This document shows positions 18,805 to 29,447 of a stretch of 64,000 nucleotides of DNA, piece by piece; the stretch's first letter is position 1, and each line of letters begins with the position of its first letter. The position numbers were made by a program, and so were the translations under genes. This DNA is from Lachnospiraceae bacterium. GTDB taxonomy: Bacteria > Bacillota > Clostridia > Lachnospirales > Lachnospiraceae. The stretch covers positions 22,046-86,045 of the forward strand of contig JAGCVT010000037.1 of assembly GCA_017962225.1 (NCBI GenBank), given 5' to 3'. Under the pieces are notes generated by a model. The model did no database searches. It was not told where the DNA came from and saw only the letters and a program-made list of their open reading frames with translations.

Positions 18805-21273
18805 ATGCTTGTATATTTACTACTGTTGCTGAATGTATTAATGCTGTTCTTTACATTCAGCAGTTTTTCAGATAAGAAAAAAATAATAGTTCCTTTGGCC
18901 GAAGCAATATCGGTCTTTTTGTGTTTATATTCGGTCACATCCGGAATAATGTGGATGTGTAATGTTTTTTCCGTGGAATTCTGCCTTTTGGCAGTAACAT
19001 TTTTGGTTTCAATTGCCTTTGCGGTTGTATATTTTAAAAGTGAGACTAAAGGCCTGGGATTCTTTAAAATTGAAACGGTAAGGATTGATTATCGTGTGTT
19101 CTTAAACAGATTGGCTATCTTTCTGGCCGTATTCTTATCACTCGGAGCCTATTCAACCATAGGTATCGGTTATAACGACGGAAATGCCCAGATACAGGCT
19201 GTATCAATTCTTAAAGGAAACAATTCCCGTATATTTGAAATTGAAGAATATGAAAACATTCCGACAGACAGTGATTATGAGTATTATTTCTTTGACGCGA
19301 TAAGCAATATGGATGATGAGAATTTTATTGCTGATTACTGGCTTACGAGTGTTGACACCGAAGAAGGCGAAGCATATAAGATGATGGGCGAATTTGGATG
19401 TAATCCTGTTTACCCGTCTATTCTCGCGCTGTCTGCAAGTCTTTTCGGTATAGGAAGAATGGCATTTATTCAGGCTGTATTTGCATTTTGCCTGTTTGTT
19501 TTTGTAGACGAGATATTAAAAGCAATTAAATGTGACTGGAAGTTAAGATCCGTCCTTGTTCTTTTGCTCGGAGTTTCACCGATTATAGTTTATTGCAATC
19601 ATACTACCCTGGTTGAGCCGATCATCGGGTTCTGTATGATTTTCTTTATGTATTTTCTTCTTTGCAAAAATACCAAACTGCAAATTCTTTCTGCGCTTGG
19701 AGTAACTACTTTCGCTTTTATCCATTCAAGCATATATACCATGATTCCGCTTTTCCTGATATTGTACTGGATGCTTTTTATTCATTCGGGCAAATTCAGA
19801 CATCTTATTTCGAGCGGAATTGCTGTTCTCGGATATAATTTAAGTTTTGTTTTCTTGAGCATTGTGGCAAATGAAAGAACTTCTCTGGATTACAGAAAAG
19901 GAATCCCGTTTTTAGGAACAAAATATTATCTGTTTGTATTTGTGATTACGGCCGTAGCTTTGATTGTCGCAATGTTATTGATAATATTGAAAAAACCGTT
20001 TCAATCTGATAAATTCACGGAATTCAGGAGAACTAAAGGAAAGAGCGTTTTTAAGATTATAATGGCAGCTATTTCTGTTGTACCCGTGATAATGACTGTG
20101 ATTATCATTATTTTAAAATGCTACACAATAGGTGATTTCCAGAAGATAACATTTATTTCTTTTATTGTATGTTCCGGCGTGATTCTTATTCCTGTTATTT
20201 TGTTTAAAATGCTTACTGCAAGATATGAATTTGGAATTAAGGAAGCGGCTGTTTTAATAGGATTTGCATACGCATTCATTCTTTATTCTTCTGTAATGAA
20301 GATTATGATTGGAGATTACTACTACGATGCAAGATATCTCTCTTCATTTATTCCGTTTATTATTTTAGCGGCGGGAATGATGTTAAAAACGAACAGAGAA
20401 AGGGATTATTATTTTATACCTGTTATAGGAATTATCATTTTGTTTATGCCGTATACCACCTCTTTATTGTCCTCAAAGACTGAGACAAGACTGGAAAGAG
20501 ATGTATATGAAAGTGTATTGGAGAGTGTTGAAGACTATTCGGATGAAAACACGGTTGTTCTGGTAGAAAAACCTCTTTTAAAGTATTTTTATTATCCTCT
20601 GCTTGCTGCAAATGTTAAGGTTTATCCCATGTCGCCGGAATATCATAATACTTTTTATTTTGACAACCAGGATACTTATGCGAATGTAATATATATAACC
20701 GATGATAAGGGAAATGATTTTGCGGATAATGGACTGGTTCTCTATTCGAAGATCAATAATTCATGCAATGTAAACGCAGGCAATATTTCGAAAATCACAG
20801 GTCTGCCAAATGAATTTATTAAGTATCAGTACTATAGAATTCAGGTAATAAAACTGAATTCATTATACAAATTATTGGATTACAATCAGTTTGATGAATT
20901 AACATGGGACAATATTCAATTGTCAGTGGATGAAGTTGAAATAGACGAGGATGATATTGCTCATGTTACGCTGTCAATTACGGATACCTCAATAGTTTAT
21001 GTCAATGAAAAATATTTGCTTTCCTACCATCTTGAATTGGAGAACGGATACAGTATTTTTGATCTTCCCAGAACCAATACGGGAAAGCTTATAACCGGCG
21101 ATTACTCCTTTGATTTTGATTTGTCTAAACAAAACGGAGATATGACCGTTGTGTTTGATGTGGTTGAAGAAGGGGTAGCGTGGTATTCATATACAAATGA
21201 TGTTCCAGCTGTTGAATTTACCAAAGGCGATGACGGATGGAACTACACTGTCAAAATCAGGGAAACAGAGTAA
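18805..21273 (+). CDS. Large polytopic membrane protein, GT-C-like, with acidic loop and C-terminal Ig-like domain
   Basis: Many TM segments; DARYLSSFIP; C-terminal LSYH...PRT...FDVVEEGVAWY resembling Ig-like modules of glycan-locus proteins. Confidence 0.55.
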   Translation: MLVYLLLLLNVLMLFFTFSSFSDKKKIIVPLAEAISVFLCLYSVTSGIMWMCNVFSVEFCLLAVTFLVSIAFAVVYFKSETKGLGFFKIETVRIDYRVFLNRLAIFLAVFLSLGAYSTIGIGYNDGNAQIQAVSILKGNNSRIFEIEEYENIPTDSDYEYYFFDAISNMDDENFIADYWLTSVDTEEGEAYKMMGEFGCNPVYPSILALSASLFGIGRMAFIQAVFAFCLFVFVDEILKAIKCDWKLRSVLVLLLGVSPIIVYCNHTTLVEPIIGFCMIFFMYFLLCKNTKLQILSALGVTTFAFIHSSIYTMIPLFLILYWMLFIHSGKFRHLISSGIAVLGYNLSFVFLSIVANERTSLDYRKGIPFLGTKYYLFVFVITAVALIVAMLLIILKKPFQSDKFTEFRRTKGKSVFKIIMAAISVVPVIMTVIIIILKCYTIGDFQKITFISFIVCSGVILIPVILFKMLTARYEFGIKEAAVLIGFAYAFILYSSVMKIMIGDYYYDARYLSSFIPFIILAAGMMLKTNRERDYYFIPVIGIIILFMPYTTSLLSSKTETRLERDVYESVLESVEDYSDENTVVLVEKPLLKYFYYPLLAANVKVYPMSPEYHNTFYFDNQDTYANVIYITDDKGNDFADNGLVLYSKINNSCNVNAGNISKITGLPNEFIKYQYYRIQVIKLNSLYKLLDYNQFDELTWDNIQLSVDEVEIDEDDIAHVTLSITDTSIVYVNEKYLLSYHLELENGYSIFDLPRTNTGKLITGDYSFDFDLSKQNGDMTVVFDVVEEGVAWYSYTNDVPAVEFTKGDDGWNYTVKIRETE

Positions 21274-21313
21274 GTATTTTGCAAGAAAGATTATACCTTC
21301 GGAGGAAATATAA

Positions 21314-22552
21314 ATGAAAATAGCTGTAGCCGGTACAGGCTATGTAGGAATGTCGATAGCAACACTTCTTGCTCAGCACAACAAGGTTGTTGCTGTAGAT
21401 ATAGTTCAGGAAAAAGTTGATAAAATCAATAAAAAGATTTCTCCCATTCAGGATGCGGAGATTGAAGATTTCCTTGCAAACAAGGAACTGGATTTATATG
21501 CCACAACAGACATGGCTGAGGCCTACAAGGATGCTGATTATGTAGTTATAGCCGCACCTACCAACTATGATTCGGAATTGGACAGATTTGATACATCTGC
21601 GGTTGAAAGCGTAATTGATGCCGTAATGTCAATCAATCCCGATGCAATCATGGTCATCAAATCTACTATTCCCGTCGGATATACCAAGAGAATCCGCAGA
21701 GAAAAGAATTCTAAGAATATTATCTTTTCACCGGAGTTTTTAAGAGAGTCCAAAGCTTTATACGACAATCTTTATCCGAGCAGAATCATTGTGGGCACCG
21801 ATCCCGACGACGAAAGACTCGTAAAAGCAGCCAATGAATTTGCTTCCCTCATAAAAGGCGGAGCAATCAAGCAGGATGTGGAAGTAATGATAATGGGATT
21901 TTCTGAGGCTGAGGCGGTTAAGCTTTTTGCCAATACTTATCTTGCTTTAAGAGTCAGCTTCTTTAACGAGCTTGATACCTACGCAGAAGTTAAGGGGCTT
22001 GATTCTAGTTCGGTCATAAAAGGCGTTTGCCTTGATCCGAGAATCCAGACTTTTTATAACAATCCTTCCTTCGGTTACGGCGGATACTGCTTACCTAAAG
22101 ACACCAAGCAGCTTCTCGCCAACTACAAGGATGTTCCTGAAAACCTCATCGAGGCTATCGTAAAGAGTAACAGCACCAGAAAAGATTTTATTTCCGAGCA
22201 GATTTTAAAGAAAGCCGGATTTTATGAGAAATACCATCGCATGGACAACCCTGCGGGTGAGAATATAACATGTGTTATCGGCGTTTACAGACTCACCATG
22301 AAATCCAATTCCGACAATTTCCGCCAGAGTTCGATTCAGGGAATCATGAAAAGACTTAAAGCCAAAGGCGTTGAGGTTATTATTTACGAGCCGATGCTTG
22401 AAAACGGCAGCACATTCTTTGGCAGCAGAATAGTCAATGATTTGAATGAGTTTAAGTCAAGAAGCGAAGTCATCGTGGCTAACAGATACGACAAAATCTT
22501 TGATGATGTCAAAGAAAAGGTTTATACTAGAGACATATTCCAGAGAGATTAA
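21314..22552 (+). CDS. ugd: UDP-glucose 6-dehydrogenase
   Basis: [36 protein letters not shown]. Confidence 0.95.
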   Translation: MKIAVAGTGYVGMSIATLLAQHNKVVAVDIVQEKVDKINKKISPIQDAEIEDFLANKELDLYATTDMAEAYKDADYVVIAAPTNYDSELDRFDTSAVESVIDAVMSINPDAIMVIKSTIPVGYTKRIRREKNSKNIIFSPEFLRESKALYDNLYPSRIIVGTDPDDERLVKAANEFASLIKGGAIKQDVEVMIMGFSEAEAVKLFANTYLALRVSFFNELDTYAEVKGLDSSSVIKGVCLDPRIQTFYNNPSFGYGGYCLPKDTKQLLANYKDVPENLIEAIVKSNSTRKDFISEQILKKAGFYEKYHRMDNPAGENITCVIGVYRLTMKSNSDNFRQSSIQGIMKRLKAKGVEVIIYEPMLENGSTFFGSRIVNDLNEFKSRSEVIVANRYDKIFDDVKEKVYTRDIFQRD

Positions 22553-22582
22553 CAAAAGAATTATTGCAAAGAGGAAAAGTTT

Positions 22583-23530
22583 TTGAAAAAAGCTTTAATC
22601 ATAGGTGCAGCGGGCTTTGTCGGCAACTATCTTATCAATCATCTTGCAATTGACAAAGGCATGGAAGTATATGCCACCAAACTTGCGCATGAATGCATTG
22701 ATAATTCCAATGCAACAGTCTGCGACCTGAACATTCTTGAAAAACAGGAAATAGTTGATGTTCTTTTTAAGATAAGACCGGATTATATATTCCATCTTGC
22801 GGCTCAGAGTTCCGTAGGAGTGGCATGGAGAAATCCTCAGCTTACAATAGACGTAAACATCAAAGGCAGCGTCAATGTAATGGACGCCATAAGAGAGCTC
22901 TACTATAAGCCCAGAGTCCTTCTGATAGGTTCCGGAGAGGAATACGGTCACATCAGACAGGGCGAGACGCCGATTAACGAAGAAAACGCAATTCGTCCCG
23001 GTAATATCTACGCAGCGACCAAGGCCTGCCAGAATATGTTCGGAAGAATATATGCCAATGCTTACGATATGGATCTTATGATGGTAAGAGCCTTCAACCA
23101 TATCGGACCCAATCAGCTCCCTATATTCGTAGTGGCTGATTTTTGCAGACAGGTGGTTGAGATTGAAAAAGGCATAAGAGAACCGGTTATGTATGTCGGC
23201 AATCTTAAGGCAATGAGAGATTTCTCTGATGTCAGAGATGTGGTAAGAGCCTATGCTCTTCTTATCGAAAAGGGCGAAAAGGGCGAGACATACAATGTCG
23301 GCAGCGGTCATGCAATATCGATTCAGGATGTTCTTGATTTGATTTTATCCAAATCCACGGCGAGCATCAGAGTTGAAGTCGATCCGGCCAAGATTCGTCC
23401 CGTGGATGTTCCGCTTATTGAAGCAGACACTTCGAAGATATTTAAGGCAACGGGCTGGAAGACAGAGATTCCGCTCGAAAAGACTATAGAAGAAACACTG
23501 GAATACTGGAGGAAAGAGATAAATGAGTGA
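22583..23530 (+). CDS. rmd: GDP-4-keto-6-deoxymannose reductase-like SDR (Rmd-like)
   Basis: GAAGFVG, HLAAQSSV, GSGEEYG, YAATK, RAFNHIGPNQ, RDFSDVRDVVRAY; lies near gmd. Confidence 0.7.
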   Translation: MKKALIIGAAGFVGNYLINHLAIDKGMEVYATKLAHECIDNSNATVCDLNILEKQEIVDVLFKIRPDYIFHLAAQSSVGVAWRNPQLTIDVNIKGSVNVMDAIRELYYKPRVLLIGSGEEYGHIRQGETPINEENAIRPGNIYAATKACQNMFGRIYANAYDMDLMMVRAFNHIGPNQLPIFVVADFCRQVVEIEKGIREPVMYVGNLKAMRDFSDVRDVVRAYALLIEKGEKGETYNVGSGHAISIQDVLDLILSKSTASIRVEVDPAKIRPVDVPLIEADTSKIFKATGWKTEIPLEKTIEETLEYWRKEINE

Positions 23531-24404
23531 TACATCGGCTAAACTTTTTTCCAATCAGGGAATAACTTCATCCACAAGATACATTCACACTGCAGGTGAA
23601 TTCGCAGCTGCCAATCTTCTATATGTTCAGGAGGTTGGAACTCTCAAAAGCCTGAGACCTCACAAGAGCATTCGTGAAGGAATCGAGTCATTTCTTTTTA
23701 TGATTATAAGAAGCGGAGAAGGTTTTGTCAGAATTTCCGGCAAAGAATATTCGCTTAAAGAAGGAGACTGTGTTTTCATTAACTGCTTTGAAAAATATGA
23801 GCACGAAAGCAGCGAAGCCAATCCCTGGGAATTATCATGGGTGCATTTTTACGGCAAGAGCGCGAAAGCATTCTTCGACCTCTTCATAAAAGAAAACGGA
23901 GGCAGTAATGTCATTACTCCTTCCGAAATTGACAGTTATGTGAAGATGATAGAAAATCTTATGGCATTGTGTAACGAAAAAAATTTAATGTCAGAGATTT
24001 ATGCTAACGAAACTCTTACGGAGATGCTCACGGAGATAATATCCGATGCAACCGTTGATTCCGAAAGTGACAGCGGAACGGATGTTAATTTTATCAGAAC
24101 ATGGATAAATGAAAACTATGCATCGGATTCGGTTATTGACGAGGCTTGTGAAAAGCTTGAAGCGGATCGTGCAAAGGCGGATTCGGACTTTAATGATGCA
24201 TTCGGCATTAATCTTGAAGAATATCTGAAATTCAGAAGATTTAACGTTGCAAAGGAAAAACTCAGATTTTCCATAGAGTCTGAAAAGCAGATTGCTGACG
24301 AATGCGGTATAAAAGATTATAATGAGTTCATCAGGATGTTTGTGGAAGGCGAGGGAATGACGCCCGAAGTATACAGAAGCAAATGGGCTCAGTGGATAAA
24401 ATAA
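23523..24404 (+). CDS. AraC-family protein (N-terminal cupin, degenerate HTH)
   Basis: Cupin with PWELSWVHF; C-terminal QIADECG...FIRMF...GMTPEVYR; overlaps upstream gene by 8 bp. Confidence 0.8.
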   Translation: MSDTSAKLFSNQGITSSTRYIHTAGEFAAANLLYVQEVGTLKSLRPHKSIREGIESFLFMIIRSGEGFVRISGKEYSLKEGDCVFINCFEKYEHESSEANPWELSWVHFYGKSAKAFFDLFIKENGGSNVITPSEIDSYVKMIENLMALCNEKNLMSEIYANETLTEMLTEIISDATVDSESDSGTDVNFIRTWINENYASDSVIDEACEKLEADRAKADSDFNDAFGINLEEYLKFRRFNVAKEKLRFSIESEKQIADECGIKDYNEFIRMFVEGEGMTPEVYRSKWAQWIK

Positions 24405-24431
24405 ATCCGAAAAAATACACTAAGGAGATAC

Positions 24432-25475
24432 ATGATGAAAAAAGCTTTAATTACCGGTATTACAGGACAGGACGGATCATATCTTGCAGAACTGCTGCTT
24501 GAGAAAGGATATGAAGTTCACGGAATCACACGTCGTGCTTCAATAGCAAACACAGGACGTATTACTCATATCTTAGATAAGATTACTCTTCATGACGGAG
24601 ATTTGTCAGACAGTACTTCTCTTATCAGAATCATCGGCGTAGTTAAACCCGATGAAATTTATAACCTTGCAGCACAGTCACATGTTCAGGTATCATTCGA
24701 TGTTCCCGAATATTCAGGCGATGTTGATGCAATCGGCGTTTTAAGAATTCTTGAAGCAGTCAGAATGCTTGGTCTTGAAAAGACAACCAAGATTTATCAG
24801 GCTTCCACATCCGAACTTTACGGAAAGGTTGAGGAAGTTCCTCAGTCTGAGACTACACCTTTCCATCCTTACTCACCTTATGCAATCGCTAAGCAGTACG
24901 GTTTCTGGATGATGAAGGAATACAGAGAAGCATACGGAATGTTCTGTGTAAACGGTATTCTCTTTAACCACGAGTCAGAAAGAAGAGGCGAGACATTCGT
25001 TACAAGAAAGATTACTCTTGCAGCGGGACGTATTGCAGAAGGCCTTCAGGATCATCTTGAACTCGGCAATATGGATTCTCTTCGTGACTGGGGTTATGCT
25101 AAGGATTACGTAGAGTGCATGTGGCTTATCATGCAGCAGGAAACACCCGATGATTTCGTAATTGCTACAGGCGAACAGCACACTGTTAGAGATTTCACAG
25201 AAAAGGCATTTGCGGCTAACGGCATTACAATCCGCTGGGAAGGCAAAGGCATAGACGAAAAGGGCTACGATGCAGCTACAGGCAAGATGCTTGTATGCGT
25301 AAATCCTCAGTGGTTCAGACCTACGGATGTAGATAACCTCTGGGGCAATCCTACAAAGGCTAAAACCGTTCTCGGATGGAATCCTCAGAAGACTTCCTAC
25401 GAAGAACTTGTAAAGATAATGGCAGAGCATGACAGAGAACTTGCCAAAAGAGAAAAGGCTCTTGCAAACGCATAA
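24432..25475 (+). CDS. gmd: GDP-mannose 4,6-dehydratase
   Basis: [39 protein letters not shown]. Confidence 0.97.
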   Translation: MMKKALITGITGQDGSYLAELLLEKGYEVHGITRRASIANTGRITHILDKITLHDGDLSDSTSLIRIIGVVKPDEIYNLAAQSHVQVSFDVPEYSGDVDAIGVLRILEAVRMLGLEKTTKIYQASTSELYGKVEEVPQSETTPFHPYSPYAIAKQYGFWMMKEYREAYGMFCVNGILFNHESERRGETFVTRKITLAAGRIAEGLQDHLELGNMDSLRDWGYAKDYVECMWLIMQQETPDDFVIATGEQHTVRDFTEKAFAANGITIRWEGKGIDEKGYDAATGKMLVCVNPQWFRPTDVDNLWGNPTKAKTVLGWNPQKTSYEELVKIMAEHDRELAKREKALANA

Positions 25476-25484
25476 TATTTTACC

Positions 25485-27854
25485 ATGAAGTGTATCATAC
25501 TGGCAGGCGGGAGAGGAGACAGATTATGGCCCCTCTCCCGTCAAAGTTATCCGAAACAATTTATAAAGATTCAGGGCGATCATTCACTTTTCCAGGAAAC
25601 GATAGCCAGAAATATTCCTTATTGCGATGAATTTATTATCATTACCAATGAGGAATATCGTTATATTGCCATAAATCAGGTAGCGGCTTTCCAGGGACTG
25701 GTTCACCGCTTTATTTTTGAGGGCGAAGGCAGAAAGACAACAGCTGCCATAACGCTTGCCTGCTTGAGACTGGCAAAATCGGAGACGGTTCTGGTAGTTC
25801 CCGCCGATCAGGTAATTGAAGGCCTCGAATACAAGGATGATATTACCAGAGCTGTTGAATTAAGCAGAGAAGGCAATATCGTTACTTTCGGCATGCCCGT
25901 GATTAGGCCTGAAGAAAGATACGGATACATAAAAGCCGAAGGCGAAAATGTTCTGGCCTTTGTTGAAAAGCCGGACCATGATACGGCGGTTAAATATATG
26001 CAGGATAAGGATTATCTTATCAACAGCGGAATGATGCTCTTTAGAGTCGGAGATTATCTCGACGAATTAAGAGAGCATTCTCCGAACGAATTCAGACTCT
26101 GTATAGGTGCGCTTAAAAGCAGAATTTCCAGAGGCAATTCGCTCACATATCCTGCGGACGTCATGAATTCGATTCCTGCGGTGCATATTGAAAAAGCACT
26201 TCTTGAAAAGACGAAAAGAGCCAAGGTTGTAAAGGCTCATTTCGGATGGAAGGATATAGGCAGTCTCGAAGACGTTGAAGAGACCAGATTAAAGACTTCG
26301 GGCGACGGTCTGGAGTATGAATATAACTGTGAAAATACCGACATCATTAACAGATGTTCCAAGAGCCTGGTGGTTGCTAACGGAGTATCTGATGTGATAG
26401 TCGTTAATACCGAGGATGCGGTTTATGTCGGCAAAAAGGGCGAGTCTGAGAGCTTAAAAGAACTGATAAATGACGATGAAATTGTATCCAAAATCGGCCG
26501 TTTCTTTGAGTCCGGCCGTGTTGTATACAGACCGTGGGGCAGATACGAACTTCTTTACGATACGCCTCATTGCAGAGTAAAGCATGTGGTTATCCAGCCG
26601 GGGAAAACCATATTTGCGCATAAGCACGTATTCAGATCCGAGCATTGGACGATTATTTCGGGTACGGCATTTATTGAGCTTGACGGTAAAGAAGGCTTAT
26701 ATCATACGGATGACGTAGTGGATGTTCTTCCCGGTAAGACACATCAGGTCTCAAATGCAGGCGATACCGAGCTTGTAATAGTTGAAGTATCCGTGGGCGA
26801 AAATGTTACCGAAGACGATAAGGTTCAGACAGACACATTGTTTAACGCCAATGAGCAGGCACACATTTTTGATTCACTCGTGCGCCTCAATCCGACTTTT
26901 AAGGATAATCTCTGGGGCGGAAATAAATTAAAAGAATTATTCGGCAAGAAATGTGATTTTGATATACTGGCTGAAAGCTGGGAAATGTCTGCGCATGAGG
27001 CCGGTCAGAGTATTGTTGCATCAGGCCGTCACAAGGGCATGCTTTTTAATGAGTATCTCGGAACCATAGGAAAAGAAAACTGGGGTTGGAAATGTTCCAC
27101 TTTCGCCGATTTTCCGATACTTGTCAAACTGATTGATGCCAAAGACAAACTATCAGTCCAGGTTCATCCCGATGACGATTATGCCATCGCAAACGAAAAC
27201 CAGTACGGCAAAAACGAGGTATGGTATGTAGTGGACTGTGAGCCCGATTCATATCTTTACTGCGGTTTTAACCGTGATGTCAGCAGAGAAGAAGTTTTAC
27301 AGAGAATAGAAGACGATTCCATACTTGATGTATTAAACAAAATCCCCGTACAAAAAGGTGATGTTTATTTTATCAAGGCGGGAACCGTTCATGCCATAGG
27401 TGCGGGAATAGTTATCTGCGAGATACAGCAGAGTTCTAACTGCACATACCGTCTGTATGATTTTAAGAGACGCGACAAATTCGGAGATTACAGAGAACTG
27501 CACATCGACAAGGCTTTGGATGTGCTCAATTTCTCCAAATACTGTCCGGAAAAAATCGAAGAAGGAATCGTAGACGGAGAAGGATTTAAAAAGAGTATTA
27601 TTTCTCAGTGCAAATACTTTGAATGCGCGTTGATAGACGTGGATTCGTCTGCACGCATTCCGGGCGTGGAAGAAAGCTTTACGTCATTTTTGGTGCTGGA
27701 AGGCGAAGGAAGTATTCTGGTTCGTTCAATCGATGAGCCCGACAAGGCCAAGGAAGAAATTACTTTTAAGGCCGGTGACAGTTTCTTTGCACCAAAATCA
27801 AGGGATATATTTGAGATAACGGGAAGAAGTAAAATTATAATGACAAGGGTATAA
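25485..27854 (+). CDS. manC: Fused mannose-1-phosphate guanylyltransferase / type II PMI cupin / type I phosphomannose isomerase
   Basis: ILAGGRGDRLWPLSR..PKQF; WKDIGS; RPWG..RSEHW cupin; LWGG..AESWE..LSVQVHPDD..KNEVW..GTVHAIG..EIQQSSNCTYRLYD. Confidence 0.9.
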   Translation: MKCIILAGGRGDRLWPLSRQSYPKQFIKIQGDHSLFQETIARNIPYCDEFIIITNEEYRYIAINQVAAFQGLVHRFIFEGEGRKTTAAITLACLRLAKSETVLVVPADQVIEGLEYKDDITRAVELSREGNIVTFGMPVIRPEERYGYIKAEGENVLAFVEKPDHDTAVKYMQDKDYLINSGMMLFRVGDYLDELREHSPNEFRLCIGALKSRISRGNSLTYPADVMNSIPAVHIEKALLEKTKRAKVVKAHFGWKDIGSLEDVEETRLKTSGDGLEYEYNCENTDIINRCSKSLVVANGVSDVIVVNTEDAVYVGKKGESESLKELINDDEIVSKIGRFFESGRVVYRPWGRYELLYDTPHCRVKHVVIQPGKTIFAHKHVFRSEHWTIISGTAFIELDGKEGLYHTDDVVDVLPGKTHQVSNAGDTELVIVEVSVGENVTEDDKVQTDTLFNANEQAHIFDSLVRLNPTFKDNLWGGNKLKELFGKKCDFDILAESWEMSAHEAGQSIVASGRHKGMLFNEYLGTIGKENWGWKCSTFADFPILVKLIDAKDKLSVQVHPDDDYAIANENQYGKNEVWYVVDCEPDSYLYCGFNRDVSREEVLQRIEDDSILDVLNKIPVQKGDVYFIKAGTVHAIGAGIVICEIQQSSNCTYRLYDFKRRDKFGDYRELHIDKALDVLNFSKYCPEKIEEGIVDGEGFKKSIISQCKYFECALIDVDSSARIPGVEESFTSFLVLEGEGSILVRSIDEPDKAKEEITFKAGDSFFAPKSRDIFEITGRSKIIMTRV

Positions 27855-27860
27855 ATATTA

Positions 27861-29441
27861 GTGAAGAAATCATTTGTTATTCTTTTATTAATAATGATTG
27901 CCGCTGAAATTGCTCTGTTTGTTTTTATCGGTATCAGGGGAGTACATTTTATTAACTCTGATGATGCGTCGGAATTGGTTCTGGCTAATATTCTGGCGGA
28001 TCAGCATGGCATTATTACTCGTGATTGGTATTATTCCACGGAACTTCGTTTTTTGAATACCAATCTGGTAAACGCACCCTTATTTATGATCTTTCACAAC
28101 TGGCGTCTGGTACGTATGCTTTCGCTGGTTATTCTTAATATTGTTTTATCGTTAAGTGTTTTTTATCTTTGCTTCAAGGGCAAAGCCGTTGACTGTTTTC
28201 CCATTGCTTCATTAATGGTTTTATTACCGACGTCACTTGAATACTATAAAATGGTGTCGTTCGGAACTTTTTATATTCCTCACATTGTAATTTCTTTTAC
28301 GGGCATCGGACTGATTTTCGGAATTATATCCCTTAAGGGATTTAAGAAATACATTCTGATGGCGGTATCGTTTATTCTGGCCTTTTTATCATGCATTGGC
28401 GGAGCCAGACAGATTGTAATACTTTATCTGCCGCTTCTTTTGACTTCTGTTCTTCTTTTAACCGGAAAGGCTGACGGAGAAGAAAAATCCAAATATAAAT
28501 CAATTCTTTTAACAGCTGTAATTAATTTAATAGGCGCCGGACTGGGTTATGTTGTCAATTCAAAAGTCCTGGCCGGACACTATCATTTCCAGCAGTGGAA
28601 TGATATTTCTTTTACGGGCTTTAATTTAAATAATTTTGTTTCTGTTTTTAACGATTTTCTTATTTCTTTCGGATATGAACCCACGAAAGTCGGACTTAGA
28701 TGCGTATTGTCGAATATTCTGACGGCAGTAATTGTTATTACCGTGATTGTGGCAGTTGTTTATCCGCTTAGGAAAAAAGAAAAAGTTTCGTTTGAATATT
28801 ATTTCCTGGATATATTTTTCCTATCGAATGTATTTTTCTTTATCGTGCTGTATACGTTTTCTTCGATGCAGTATCGCAACAGATACAATTTCCCGATAAT
28901 AGTTTTTGCGTATCTGCTGATTGCTTTCTGGATAAAAGAAAGCGATATTTTAAAATCGAAAAAACTGACGATGATGCTTTTATATTCTGCCATTTTTATA
29001 ATGGCGTCGTTCCTTGTCTGCGGTCCGTATTTTAAGCAGATAACAAAAGAGAAAAACGACGAGAGAGAATATATTACCAAACAGGTACTGAGCGATGGAT
29101 ATAACTACGGATATGCGCCATTCTGGCAGTCTAACATACTGATTGAGTATTCGAACGGATTGATAGATATGCACAGTGTGGATGAATTCTGGCCCACGAA
29201 CTCCGAAAGCGGCTCGGCAGTCGTGAAATACGCTTATCCATGGCTTCAGGCTGTAGAGCATGATAATGAAATCCCGACAGGAAAAGTATTTGTTCTGATG
29301 ACCTCAAATGAGTATAATAACTGGAATTTAAAACAATACTTAACGGATGAATATGCGATTTATTCTTCGCAGTCTTATAAAGCTTTCGGATTCGAAAACT
29401 ATGAAACAATGTTACAGGTTTTGGACGGAGAAAGGCAGTAA
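27861..29441 (+). CDS. Polytopic membrane protein, putative GT-C fold glycosyltransferase
   Basis: INSDDASEL after TM1, WYYSTELR, about 11 TM, soluble C-terminus with GYAPFWQSN. Confidence 0.6.
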   Translation: MKKSFVILLLIMIAAEIALFVFIGIRGVHFINSDDASELVLANILADQHGIITRDWYYSTELRFLNTNLVNAPLFMIFHNWRLVRMLSLVILNIVLSLSVFYLCFKGKAVDCFPIASLMVLLPTSLEYYKMVSFGTFYIPHIVISFTGIGLIFGIISLKGFKKYILMAVSFILAFLSCIGGARQIVILYLPLLLTSVLLLTGKADGEEKSKYKSILLTAVINLIGAGLGYVVNSKVLAGHYHFQQWNDISFTGFNLNNFVSVFNDFLISFGYEPTKVGLRCVLSNILTAVIVITVIVAVVYPLRKKEKVSFEYYFLDIFFLSNVFFFIVLYTFSSMQYRNRYNFPIIVFAYLLIAFWIKESDILKSKKLTMMLLYSAIFIMASFLVCGPYFKQITKEKNDEREYITKQVLSDGYNYGYAPFWQSNILIEYSNGLIDMHSVDEFWPTNSESGSAVVKYAYPWLQAVEHDNEIPTGKVFVLMTSNEYNNWNLKQYLTDEYAIYSSQSYKAFGFENYETMLQVLDGERQ

Positions 29442-29447
29442 TTTATT

